A stretch of DNA of 64,000 nucleotides, from the NCBI GenBank assembly GCA_040954595.2, contig CM082578.2, positions 5,252,831-5,316,830 of the forward strand. The letters run 5' to 3'. Origin of the DNA: Balanoglossus misakiensis (taxonomy: Eukaryota; Animalia; Hemichordata). Position numbers and translations under genes: made by a program. Of the stretch, positions 41,083 to 54,300 are shown piece by piece (the stretch's first letter is position 1; each line of letters begins with the position of its first letter). The notes beneath the pieces were generated by a model. That model saw only the letters and a program-made list of their open reading frames with translations. It did no database searches and had not been told where the DNA came from.

Positions 41083-44035
41083 TCATCGCATATGATCCAC
41101 ATCATCTGCAATGCTCTGGTCCACCGTAGAAAGCACTTCGTAGAGGTCTTTCCAGGTTTTATCAAAGGTGGTGTCATCTGCCCTTTTTTTCAACCACACA
41201 TTGATGACTTCTCCCGCTTTCTCCTCGCCAAGAACGGCGTGTTTGTCCACCTGGGTTGACTCCAATTCCACTCCCAGTTTTTCGGCAAGAGGAAGCCAAA
41301 TTGGTTTGATTTTCTTCACTATTGCATGTATGTCCTCCTCGGTAATTGGGTCGGTCTGGCTGCGGCGAGTGGCGTGTCTTTCAGCGGCAACTGTGTAAAA
41401 TAATTGCACCAAAATATCAACATTTCATGGAGATTAATTTTAAACATAGAGGTAGATGAATACTGCGAAGAAAATAGTTCATAGTTTTCCAAAGTTGAAA
41501 TTGATCAATATGACATGAAAAAATCCGAGAAGGGACGCACAAAATACGGGCTTCTCTCAAATTTTGACTAACTACAGGGTTTTTACTTTGTGCTGGGGGT
41601 CGGGTGTCAAACCACATTATAATAATTACGTGCGCTGACGGTTGTACTAACTGCAACAGAATCAATGCTGTCCCCAAGAGTTGGTGTTTTCTTCCTGAAT
41701 ACACTTACGGTAAATAAACAGCAAATATAAAATATTCAATCGCTCGAATAACAACGGGAAATACCTGATGATTCTTTTAAGCTGTCTATACCCTTTCGCA
41801 GTTCGTGTATTTCTCGCCAGATGTCGCCCTTGTGATCGGAGGTACCCACCGACAGTTCGTTCAGTTTCTCGAGGACTGCCTGTATTTTTTTATGTTCGAA
41901 AGAATCTGGGAATGGTGCAACAAGATCAAAGAAAGCAAGATTACTGAGCATGCAAATGTAGAATAAATATCACCATTGCTCCTTGTGGCATCTTTGTACT
42001 TTGGCAACGGCTACAATAGTGCTATTAGATATACTAAGTTATTCCCAAGAAAACTCGGTCTGTAAACTCTCAAACGTTAATTTGATATGGAGCAACTGCA
42101 TACCTTTCTATAATGACAACACTTTTAGCTGTGTAATACAGATATCTACCTGTTTGCTGTCTATTTTCATTGAGGCTCTCACAATCCTTTTGGAATTTCT
42201 TGAATTCTTCTGTTAGTGCTTTGATACTTTCCTTTAGGGTGTTTTGTACTTTTTCGTCGGACGACAAGGCTTGAAACATACAGATAGACTCAAATTAGGC
42301 ATAGCATGTTTACTGAATACAGATACAGATGTTACATGTATGTATACGGGTGAACGAGGTTTATTCAAAACGTTTATAGTATGTACATGTACTGTGTATT
42401 ACCTTTCTCCAGGGATGTAAACCGCTCTTGCAACCGATCGATCTTGTCCCTCATGTCACTTCTAAATTCATTGAATTCAAAAGACAGTTTTTCCATTCTT
42501 TGTAACACTTCGCCTTGGTTGTCCATCTTGTCTAGTTTCATTGACATACTTTGAAGTTGTTTCAGAACAAGTTCCATGGGATCTGGAGTCGGAAAATTGT
42601 ACGGTTTGGTTGTCAACACATAAATAATTTATATGAATACCTGGTCGTTCAATCAGACAAGAAAAAAAAGTTGTGTAAATCGCTGTCTTGAATTATTTAC
42701 ACTCCTCTTAGTAAACCTACTTACCAACAGCCTCCTCCGGCATTGCCCTGTTGTGGCCGTTTGGTTTTGATGTCTCCATAGTTGCACCTGTAAAAATAGC
42801 CATTTTGTGTTTGTAGGTCTGGTAAAATAAGTTTGCAGACATGTCAACCCCTACCAGATTTGTACCTGTATTGAAAACCCCAATACTGAGCCATTGTTTA
42901 TGTTTTACAGAATAGAACAAGAAAACATAGTTGATACACAAAACAACAACCGAGAAAGTAGCCAAAGTTGGGAGTTGCTAGGGCTAGTCGACCCATAAAG
43001 ACCTTGAACTTGATGTATATAAAAGCAGTATACACCATTATACGTTGCCTCCTTGTTGTAACACACAAACTGTACATTTTTGTGACAGGATGAGCGAGAA
43101 TGCACAAATTCAATAGAAAAAGTGCCTGTTCCGGTGTTTAAACTCTACAAATGGTAATTTCGTGATTAGTATGTTACAGGATTCGAACCCGGACTTACTG
43201 GCAACAAACCAAGTGACAAGCAAGTTCGCGCACAGACCACCGCGCCAAATCCACATCATAACAAATAAGACCACGACGTAAAGGTCACGCAGGGGTCATG
43301 AGAGTGGCATATAATCAATATGATACTTACGCAAACGTCTATTAATAACATCCCATATCCGGGATACAAGAGGAAGAAAACAATGCAAGAAAAACCATCA
43401 AAGTGTAACGTGGCCCTACATGAGAACATGCCATCGAAAAAAGACTTTCATCATCATGTCATAATTCATGATCAAGGATTATATCTTTGTAAATATGTTT
43501 TTTTTTCACATTAATCTTACCCCGGATGTGCTCTTCTCTTGTCTGACGTTCTTTCTCCAAAACTTTCAACACTGTATGAGAATGGCCTGTTGCTTTCAGC
43601 ACCTCGTACAGCTTGTTATAACCCTCCGGTGTTTTTCTAAACAGGTCTAGCAAATATGATGCCTTCGCTTCTTGTTTTCGTATCTTAAAATTAAAATAAT
43701 ATCAAAGTGAACATGTACATTTTGTATTGGAGGTCTTTATTCACACAAACTGATTATAAAGTACCAGTGGTGTAAATCCTTAATAAGGTTTCAACTTTTT
43801 TACAATTTGATTTGCAACTTTTTGTTTAATTATTTCTATCAGGCCTGCATATGAAGCTGAATATTTTGCCATGTACATGGAAGTGAATTTTACTTACATT
43901 GATCGAAAAGATATCACCGTCTCTTATTACGTTTGGGTGGCGTCTTCTTGTGCACTCGACAATTTCTTTAATACGCAAATGATTGGCAAGAAACTGAAAG
44001 TTTTCGGAAAGGACTTGTTTTTGATACAAATTCAT
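41083..44035 (-). CDS. CARD / coiled-coil / death-domain adaptor protein, paralog B; 7 exons, ~370 aa
   Basis: Exons 44035-43898, 43683-43521, 42787-42725, 42582-42403, 42269-42150, 41905-41765, 41390-41083 (total 1113 nt), all GT-AG and in phase. Same exon layout as paralog A. DD-like end: IHAIVKKIKPIWLPLAEKLGV...KAGEVINVWLKK...TWKDLYEVL. Confidence 0.8.
43170..43252 (-). mobile_element. tRNA-derived SINE head
   Basis: Minus-strand A box TGGCGCGGTGG (43247-43237) and B box GGTTCGAATCC (43189-43179); no convincing cloverleaf. Confidence 0.55.
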
Positions 44036-44109
44036 GTTGACAACGTTGTGGTCTATTCATGGTATTTCAGCCAGCCAGCTACCTGTACCACACAGAAAAT
44101 GACAATTAA

Positions 44110-44801
44110 GGTGGCATTGCATGAAACCGTCGAGACTTTTTCAGAGGCCTATTTCTCATCAAAGACAAAGTTAAAACCCCCATAAACCATATATATTCTG
44201 GAAGCTGAGATTTTAAACTTTTGTTTGAGTTGCAAATATTATTGATCCCCGGAAATGGTGGCGATTTTGGGTGAAAAACCCCATTTTTTGATATTATGTC
44301 ATGAAATTTAAAATAGGTAAAAAAGTTGACCATGCATCATGCATCTTAATATGTCATTCGAAACTAGAGTACACGTGCAAAAAAACGGTAATTTTGTTTT
44401 GCGTTATCTGCTTCCATTGAGGAGTAACAGCGTTTGAAAGTTAGAAATTCACGGTGAGTTGTATTGAATCAGAGTTTATTCCCGCCAGGGACACGTTTTG
44501 TTGGATGGGTCATACACAATGCCCAGTTAAAATTTGAGCAAATTCGGCCAACGCAGAGCGAAGCTATTTTCGTCTGAAGTTGTCAAGAGCAGCGAAAATG
44601 CAAACTGAGAAAAACGGCCATTTGCATTGTTGACACCTATTTGTTAAGCTGTGAACTCATTCAGAAAAGTGCTATTTTGGGGTGATTATGCACCATTTCC
44701 GCCAAGACGTATTAGTCAGGGTGTGGGTCAGTATTAGGCCTACCGATTTATGTAAAAAAGTAAAATTTGGCAAAAACCACAACTTTTCATGCAATGCCAC
44801 T
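44110..44801. mobile_element. Non-autonomous DNA transposon with TTAA TSD (Kolobok-like)
   Basis: TTAA-GGTGGCATTGCATGAAA...TTTCATGCAATGCCACT-TTAA. Confidence 0.8.
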
Positions 44802-45980
44802 TTAAAGAATATTATAATTGCAAAGGAACATTTTTTTAAACTCAAAAGGCATGAAAGAGAGATTTTATACTTTCCCAAGAACGTCCTAATGTAATGCAAA
44901 TTGTGTTTCGGGTACAGTGTTTCAGTGTAGCACCTGCGGAGATTTGTTGATGTGAACACCCCGTTGTGTAAAGAATGGGTGTGTCATCACCACCGTACAA
45001 GTTTTTCTTTGTTCTGAATTAACCAGACATCGAATATGACATCATGACCACAACCGTATTACAGACACAACAACAGAAATCTTAAATCATGCAATTAATG
45101 TTTCCCTTTACCACCGTCAATGAAAAAAAAAAAACAATCATTTCCTGAATGCACGAAGTGTACTTATTGGGACATGGATTTCCTGCACTTGACAGTCACG
45201 GTTGCCATTGTGAGAGCCACAAACATAACTACTAGTATATACATGTACATGTATATATGGTAAACATTCGTCCATGTCTGTGTCTCAAATCACGTTTGAA
45301 TGTTATACTTTGCTTAACTTTGTATGTATGATGCTAAAATCTTTCGAACTCCATGCGACCTTGTGAGGATTCGCGTCGCCAGACAATTGATGGACATTCT
45401 CATATGACAAAGAACATGGCCCATCGTATTAAACGGCACAGTACGTAGTCATAATTTTGTTAAATTCTAGACTGCTCCTATTCTAGTTTCATACAGAGCT
45501 TGACACGTCTTACTTCGGTTAGCAGCCCGTCGATCATACCAGAATGATTTCTACAGTTCTTCTAACACGTAAACACAAATATGCCGATGACTGGTCTCCC
45601 ACTGTAGTGACGAGAAGCTACTGATTCCAACTGACGGCCTGTACACTGTTGAACAATAACCTGTTGTTGCGTTGACAGTTTGGTGAGTAGGGAAATTGGG
45701 CCAAACGTTTAAGAGAGCAAAGTCGAAGGTCGGTCTATTTTCTTAACCGAACGTCAGCAGAATAACCCAATGTGATTATGACCCGGTGAAATGAGGCAAG
45801 TCATGACCCAAGAATGACTCAACTGTTTACACCCGCCGATGTAGTCTCGGTTACCCAGACCCCCCTGCTTCTTCCGTTGGGCACTCCAGAAAGAGGGTCT
45901 GGGGAAACCCCATAGACAAATCTCCAGGCAAAGATGGCCGACTCGGGACAAAAGCGATGCATGATGGTCAACATTTATGA

Positions 45981-46363
45981 TAGTCTGGTTCCCTGCCCCA
46001 ATCCCACCGCTGGCTGCGCTACGCTAAAGGGAAAGGGTCAGGCACGGCCTATTGTAAACATGGCTCTCATTGGTCAATACATACGAACATTAAGTTGTTA
46101 AGTTGATAAGTTGTTGTAACTCATTTCCCGTTCTCTCCTTCACCTCCATGAATGTTTATCATTCGATTTCCAACTTTACAACAAACGAAACAAAATAAAC
46201 AGCCTGGATGAATCTTGACTGGCGTACGGACATTGGAGGCATCCATCTTGTTTATGATCACGTGGTCTTCCCAGGTTTCTGGGTATGCAATCGGGCCGTA
46301 CCTGACCCCTTTCCCTTTAGCATAGCGCAGCCAGCGGTGGGATTGGGGCAGGGAACCAGACTA
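45981..46363. mobile_element. Nested MITE B: TAG...CTA termini, 9-bp TSD
   Basis: TAGTCTGGTTCCCTGCCCCAATCCCACCGCTGG...GGGGCAGGGAACCAGACTA; left TSD CATTTATGA; right TSD split by element C. Confidence 0.85.
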
Positions 46364-46369
46364 CATTTA

Positions 46370-46821
46370 GGGACCGTTCAGTTTTTTACGGCCGGGGGGG
46401 GGGGGCCCGGCAAAATCCAGGGGGGGGGGGTCACTTAAATTTTGAAGTCCTAAAGGGGGGGGGTCATCTGGTTTTTTTAAACGTTAAGGGGGGGGGGGGG
46501 TCACATACTTTTGCCACCAAACTTTTGCTTTTGAGTCCACAAAATTGCAGTTTCGCGCCCTTCATTTTGCAAAATTTTCTAATGTGGGAGGGGGATTATA
46601 ATTGAGGTGTGAGGAGCTTCATTCCCTTTATTGCATACAGTGTACATAGAATCAGGATGGCGAATGTTTTCGGCGGGGGGGGGGGTCATCATATTTTTGG
46701 GTCTGTCAAAGGGGGGGTCATCATTTTTTGGTCCTGGACGAAGGGGGGGTCGGCCTGATTTCGAAAACCGATGACACAAACTTGCCGCCCCCCCCCCCTG
46801 CCGTAAAAACTGAACGGTCCC
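46370..46821. mobile_element. Nested MITE C, PIF/Harbinger-like (TTA TSD), G-run rich
   Basis: TTA-GGGACCGTTCAGTTTTTTACGGC...GCCGTAAAAACTGAACGGTCCC-TTA. Confidence 0.85.
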
Positions 46822-48277
46822 TTATGACATACGATATTATGATATGACGATATTAGAAAACTATTTACCAAACTTCTCTTTCTCTTTTCAATTTGTAGAC
46901 AGTTTCAGCAGGTCTAGCACGTCTCAGCATGTATTTTTAATGTTCGAGTCTGCAACCATCATGCATCGCTTTTGTCCCGAGTCGGCCATCTTTGCCTGGA
47001 GATTTGTCTTTGGGGTTTCCCCACACCCTCTTTCTGGAGTGTCCAACGGAAGAAGCAGGGGGGTCTGGGTAACCGAGACTACCCAGACCCTCTTTCTGGA
47101 GTGCCCAACGGAAGAAGCAGGGGGGTCTGGGTAACCGAGACTACCGCCGATGGACATTCACCCCTGAGGCGACCAGCGGATTGGTAAAAACCAAGCGGAT
47201 TGGTTATAGTAAAATCAACCATCGAAAAATGGCCAATAATTACACCGTGCACCCAAGACGTGGGAATAACACATTGAAACTTGTCCAAAATAGTTCCTGT
47301 AAAGAATCAAATTGGAATAAGGCGTCCCCACAATTCAAACTTCGGAACTCCCCATGCCAGTTACATTGTACCTTCTATTAGTCATCTTGACTGCCTTATT
47401 AATTTTTAACCGCAGTTCAGAATGTATTCTGATGGAGTGGCCAGAAAAGTCTACACAACGTAATTTGATGAATGGAGCTCCAGAAGCAAAAAGCCTGAGA
47501 TGGAATGTTTCAAATTTGTGTGGAAAAATTTAGTTTCGCCTGATTCGATACGGGTGCAGCACCGAAAATCTCTACGAATGTGGACAATTCAATCCCAGAT
47601 ATTATTGTGCTGACATTGGTATCATTTTTCTTTGTTTTATTAATTATTACACCTTGGAGTAATGTAGCTTTAAAAATATAACTGCTCATTTAACAGTGTT
47701 CAGCGCCTGTGGTCATATCCACTGCACAACGGCCACTTCGCCAATGTCTTGATGACTATGACTGCTCACACACACTTCACTGTGGTCAACTTTCCAACGT
47801 GAGGAACGCTATCGTGGTGACCGGAATAATCTCCGCCGACTACCTAACCCCATGAAGAAACGTGCTTCGTTTCCGCATCGCCATGAAACACGCAGTGGTG
47901 GCGCTTTTCATCACTTTTTACAACATGTTAAAAAAGGTATACTGTTGCTACCGCCTGACCATATCTGTCTTATTAATAATACAAGATAGGAGGTCAGATG
48001 GTAGGAAGGGTTCACCAAAAGAGGGCATATTTTATCTCGCATATACATGTACATGTAGTTACATTTCGACCGTGCGGATCATAATCCAGTCAGTCAAGTC
48101 AGCGCCAGTCCGGCGTGGTACACATAATGTAACTTTCTAAATTTATGATCGTGTTTTATTTCTATGATCACATTCTTTTCAAAAACGGTTTTTTCGAGCC
48201 TTTACTGTCAACAAGACGCGCATTTGAGTGAGCTGTTAATTTCCAGAATGCCGCACTCTGATTGGTCGACTTAGTAG

Positions 48278-48291
48278 CCACTAGAGGGCAG
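48278..48291 (+). promoter_or_regulatory. Candidate CTCF site
   Basis: CCACTAGAGGGCAG matches the CTCF core consensus; reverse CCAAT box ~15 bp upstream. Confidence 0.5.
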
Positions 48292-51200
48292 CGTTCATGA
48301 GTCGCCCCCCACCCTGTATCTTAACGAGGTTTTGTGAAATGGATTTAGTCTCTTATATTACGAAGACGAAATGACAGTTTATTACACGCATGACACTCTG
48401 TGTTATTACCAAAACCAAGAGTTGACGACGGACACGTTTTCGATCTCTATTTTGTAAAGTGACAAGCATGCGTTGTCTTGATTATTTCCATATTACATGT
48501 AGGCCTACGTGGAAGGATTCAAATCCACTTGAAGTGTCCCCAGAAGGTGGAAATCCTCAACTAAATTAAGGATTCTGTAATGTAAAGCTATAAAACAAAG
48601 AGATACAGGAAAGGAGAAAATTAACAAAGATATTAATTACAGAAAGGGTCTGTAGGCCTAATAGTGAAAATAACGGGAATGTTATATTTTGACGGATAGT
48701 TGGAATAACGCCGAACAGGTTATTGTGAGATGGCGTTTTAGTCACAGCTGGTTATTTGATGTGCCTCGCATATGAACGTCTGTATTGATTATTATGCACA
48801 CTGTATTACCTTTATTCAATGTCATAAACGGGGAGAGGCTGTAGTTTTTTTGACGAAGCTCAGAAGAAGCGTACAAGTATAAGCGTCCCCAGGAGCTGAA
48901 AATTCTGTGTCACAGTGCCACCAAGGATACATTGAACGTCGAAACAAAAGGGTCTATGGTAGTATGATATGAGATTCAAAACTCGCCCAAAATGAATAAA
49001 TGGTAGAGACCGATTATTCATTTTGGTGAGTTTTTTTTTCACTATCGTGTCTACAAGCGGGATGGAAGGTGTGTGTGGTTGAACGTTCATCCACTATATA
49101 TCCACATGTTATGTACATTAACATAAACGGTGTCTTGTCATCAAACAATAATGGGAAAAGGGCAGCGAGAGAGAGACTTTGTCCCTTTAAGAGATTAGAA
49201 GCGGATAACACTGTCACGACTAGCAAACACGGCACCAGATACATGTATATAGGATTTCGTTTTATCCGAGCAATCACAGTCAAGATCTCACATTCCATAC
49301 AGAAACATGAAGCATCCCGCTGTTCCTGTCGTGCGCTCAATGGACGAGAAGAGTTTCAAGTTCATCTTGAATGTCGGAGTGATTTTGTTGTACTTGTTGG
49401 TAAACCCGGCAGGGGGCGGTGAGTTATGCAACTTTTGCAGAATTATTGCGATTGCCGTAATTATTGAAGCACAATTATAGGCCGCTGTTCAGTGAATGTT
49501 TTCACAGATAACACGATGTGAACTACCATCGTTGAAAGTTAAATAGTTTTACTTCGGAGATATGCCACGGGGGAGCCGGTAGTACCGGCCATAGACAGTA
49601 TGGTAGTGCGGAAAGTACAGAGCCTGGTCTTGCATGTAGACTACCTTGCCAGTCGAAGCGAAAATCGCTGCGATAATGTTTTGATGGGACTGCGGCAATG
49701 TTTGTATACGCAATGCTGGTGAGTTTAATGAGTTACTGAACTTGAGAATCTCCATCAAACGCCAAATGTACGCTGCTATGGACACGGAAAGTAGCAGGAT
49801 TAAACAATTGTGTAAGACATGGAAATGAAAATCTACCATATGCACCTGCCATCAAGACGTGTCACATTTTGGTCATAATGAAAAACACCTGACAGGTGTT
49901 TGGTTGTGTTGATTCAATACCGATCCGACATCCGCATACCAGTCAGCGTTTCTGCAATCCTCGGGATGCAGCGACGTGCGATGTCATCTGTTGTTGTTTT
50001 GTTTGTTTAATTTAAAACATGGAGCAAGATGGCAATGCATATAAAATTCATAGTTTGGGGATACAAACTTGAACAGTGTGAAATAACCTCAAAGTAAGTG
50101 TGTGACATTCCTCTAAAATTCGCTCATGAGTTAGAATGTGGGGCAACCGTGATATGAGAGGCCGCTGTCCCATTGCTTCCCAGTGCAGTGGTAAACCCTG
50201 TGTTGTTTACATTCGCGAACAATGCCAACAGAGGGCGTATGTCACATACTTCAGTTCCCCTGAAGAGAAACACAATGCTAAGCAACTAAACAGAGACAGG
50301 TAATAAATCATGAAAAGAAAATAATCAGACTAGATTTACCTTTGTACTGTCGTGATTCGTGCATCCGTCTACATTGGCATTTATCGTCAAAAGACAATGT
50401 GAAGAACGTCGAGTAAACTTTGAACTCACGCTTCATTCTCATGCGATGGGTGTATTTAGAACTTTGAACTTCAACCCCGGTGCGGAAAGTACCGGGGTTC
50501 GGATTAACGTGTGTTTGAATAGTTGTTTATTTGGGAGTGGTCGTCGTGCATAATGACTGTGTAATTGCTCTCATGTACACAGAAAATAATTCAACACTTT
50601 ACACTTCCACGCGATTGACAACTGTTTGAATGGCGTGGTTATTGTTTCCCAGGGACGCTTCTGAAAAGCACTGAAACCAGATTTCTCCCAAAATCATCGT
50701 TGTTTCAAAAGCTCATGTACTTCTTGGCCGATTTTCATAGAGCCAAGATCGTTGGTGTTGTCTGTTGTCAGTCAAACGGCATTAAGATTCGCCACTGATT
50801 TGGGGGGTCTTTTATACCCCGCACCGGGGTTTAAGGCAGAAATATTGCCAATCGTATTTTTGGGGCAAAGAAATCGATTCGTTGCGCCAAGTTTATGACG
50901 ACGAAATCCTAGTTTATTACAACGTCACAATCAGTACCAAGTGAGCATCAACATTTCTAAGGAATATATTCAGTCTCACAATCGCTATGGAAGCAATCTT
51001 TTCTATAAAAAATTCCCTTATTTTAGTATTTTGTAATGTACCGCGCAGGATCGAATGGGTATAGCCATGATAACTTTGCTGAAGGTCACAGCGTGCGTGT
51101 GTCGGTACGCACGAACAAAACAGACAGATAAACAAGCTTATAGGTCAAGCTCCACTCACAATGGTTAACATCATGTTATGCTTTCCTTAGTTACTGTAGT

Positions 51201-51374
51201 ATTTTATTGAAGTAGAGACAATATTCAAGGAATTCGCGAAAATGTCTGAAAACCGCATATTTTTCAACCTTACATAAGCTTTACATGAAGAATTTTTCAG
51301 TAGTCCTATACGATGTATATTAATTTAAAAATGCAACGTCCTTATTGAAGCAACAAAATTGTCGTTTTGTGCAG

Positions 51375-54300
51375 CACCAACAGTGACACCGCTCCCGATG
51401 CCGTCATTCACCAGTGGATGGTTACCAGTCCAGTCCCAAGCCGGTGACAACTCATTTATGTCCATACCGCACTACTTAAACGAATTGCCAATCTTTGTTC
51501 AGGTAACATTCATATACTTAAGCAATAAAACACCCCCAGCCATGGTATATCACGAGATTTTGACCAGTTCACGACATATACGCACGAGCGATAGCGAGTG
51601 CGTATATGGAGTTGAACTGGTCAAAATCGAGTGGTATACCATGGCTGGGGGTGTTTTATTGCTATTATATTATGCCAGTATATTGAAAATTTGCATAAAA
51701 CATTTTAAAAAGGCATTTTCTTTAACTATGATATATGACTGTGGTATATGGCTAATATATCACGGTCACGTGTCGTGTCTCGACCAATCAAATAGCGCGA
51801 TTTACACCATCAATATACTGGTATAATATAATTATATATAACACACTATGTTGCTTTCTGGAAAAGGATAATTGACACAGATTTATGGTGTTTTTTGTCA
51901 ATTCTCATCGACAAGAATATTTGCCGCGAGAAATACTACTGAGCCAACACTTATAAGCTTGCGAGAGTGACCGGAGTGACCATGGTCAGCTGGTGTGTAT
52001 ATTCAGAGTATATTCAGATCCTGTGTTGCTTTACTCGTATTATTACTCTTTGCGGCAGTAGATGCCAACTGAACAGAGTTAAATACAGTAGGCCTACTCA
52101 TTGACCCTAGGGTCTATGGCCTACTGTATAATGATCTGAATTCGGTGTATTTTCAGGTACTTACCCGCGCCGTTGATGGGCCAAATGTCGGTTTAATATT
52201 TCATGGCGCAGGGTCCGCACAACTTGATGATGACCTCGACGAGGACTATGGGGGCGTAATTTACAGTTACAACGAACATAACGTACGACTATGGCTACCA
52301 ACTCAAAATAACAACTTTGCCCGTGGTTGCGCTATTAACACAGGTAACGTGACTTCCGAAGAGTAGGATTAAACTTTTAATATTGATGAACTTTCAATAT
52401 ATAATCATTTCAGCAACGGATGTCCACGTAGTATTAAAAGTAAACACAACATCGAGCCGTAGTATACTTCCCAATCAACCAGATTGGTATTGTTCGTAAA
52501 ACGGTAGTGCGTCTATGGATGTAACATCCGCGCGCATCTGATTTCATTTTTAACCAATCAGGTGGTCAGCTGTGGGGCACGCCTCATTACCAATGCAGTA
52601 ACAGTGCTGAGGTCAAAGTTGACGCCTGGCTGGGTGACAATTTCCCTGTACCAGAATACACCTCTGATTGGTTTCCATTCAGTGCACGTGATGGCGACAA
52701 ATCGTTCAAAGAAATCAACCATGCTCTCCAAAAGCAGCCGTCGCTGGTACGAGTTCAGTATCAAGACCAGAATCCAGCAGCGGATTTTAACGGATACACA
52801 TATGATGGTTACGGTGAGTTACACATTTCATGATGACATTATCTGGTTAAACATTCTACCGCATAGGCCTACATGTAATTATAGGCGTGGGATTGTCTCC
52901 GTAATTTTGGTTTCAGCCATTATATACACCCTTTTCCTAAGTCTAGCGCCCTCATGCAACTATTATGAATATTAACTAAAAGCGAGGCCAACGGGGCAAA
53001 GCCATTGACCGATCAAGTGGTTTTCCCCGTTGGCCTCGTTTTGAGTTCAAATTCCTGATGGTTGCGTGAGGGCGCTAGATTTATGAAAAGGGTATATTGA
53101 GAAAAGTATTGCCGGTCGATATTTCCTACTTTCTTGACTGTCCAAACTGTAGTTTGTCGGGTAAAATATAGTATGAGCCCGATTTTTTGTTCAACATTTT
53201 TCTGCTTCTGAGGTGGGGGGGGGGGGTGTCGTCAAACATTAATTATTAAATATTACATTGGCATATTGCTGCAGGCGTGAGCAAAATTGCCTAATGTTAT
53301 ACATGTACAAATATAGTTACTTTGAGATTTACATTGTAATACAATGGGTGTTTCCGCGTATGGTTGAGAGATTTCATTATCAGGTGTGGATGTAAATATA
53401 TTATAAGACGCCAGATGTAGACCAAAAAATTAATGTTTTTTTACTTTTTTTCATTTGCTCGACATTATAGGTGCCGCGCAATCCGGAGACGATCTCGATT
53501 GGAGAAGCCACGGTGGAATTGTGTATTCATTTAATGAATATTCTGTGCGAATGTGGGCACCATCGATAAATGATCAGACTGTGGTTGATAAATACGACGG
53601 TTAGTCAATATTATTGTACATATAGGTATAGTGTTTTACGGAACTGCTGTATCCTCAATGGATTTTACTTCTATTTTTGTGTAGAAAATTAAAGGGTACT
53701 TGTAGGCGGAGCACCTTTCTTTGTGTTTGTTTACGATAAATATGAAAATATTTCATTGTCATACATTGCATGTAGTGTGCTGCACTTAATAATATACATT
53801 TTTTTTAAATTCTGCATATTTCCAACAGGCCATCTTTTTGTAGGTGCTGATGGTTGGGGTAATGAAGTTTACGGTAACGCATTCGATGATGGCATGGTTA
53901 AGGTCTTTGTGTGGACTGACAGCTTCCCGACGCCCTATGAAATTAGCGGCGAGATGGGATATGGAAACGGTGTAGAAAATTATTGGGAGATACCGGTACC
54001 TGTGGGTTTGACACCAGAATTTGTGTTTGTTGAGGTAAAGCCTGCTTGCCTGTCCGTCTAACAATATATGGATGTATTTTTGTATGTATGTGTGTGTGTG
54101 TGCTTGTGTGTGTGTCCGTCCGTCCGTCTGTCTGTCCGTCTGTCTGTCTAGCTATCTTGTTATCTGAGTTGGGGTGAACCTCGTCTATAACATCAAACCA
54201 ATAGAATCATATTTCTTCACTGCATTATGGCAACCATCAACACGTTTGTCAACGTCGACAAAATAAGAGAACGTAAATGACTTTGTGACAAGATTGTGGC

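Larger units (their letters stand above)
45842..47143. mobile_element. Outer MITE A: TAG...CTA termini, ~125 bp TIRs, 9-bp TSD (Academ/AcademH-like)
   Basis: TSD CCGCCGATG at 45833-45841 and 47144-47152; TIR TAGTCTCGGTTACCCAGACCCCC; ~60 bp internal tandem duplication in the right TIR. Confidence 0.85.

Noticed and set aside
43170-43252. Possible tRNA gene
   Set aside because: A and B boxes are present but there is no acceptor-stem or anticodon-arm pairing; better explained as a SINE head.
47024-47143. Repeat-spacer (CRISPR-like) pattern
   Set aside because: A simple two-copy tandem duplication inside a TIR, in eukaryotic DNA; no spacers or cas genes.
50019-50100. Possible first exon of the VWDE-like gene
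   Set aside because: The donor is in phase 2 rather than the required phase 1, and no hydrophobic signal peptide is encoded.
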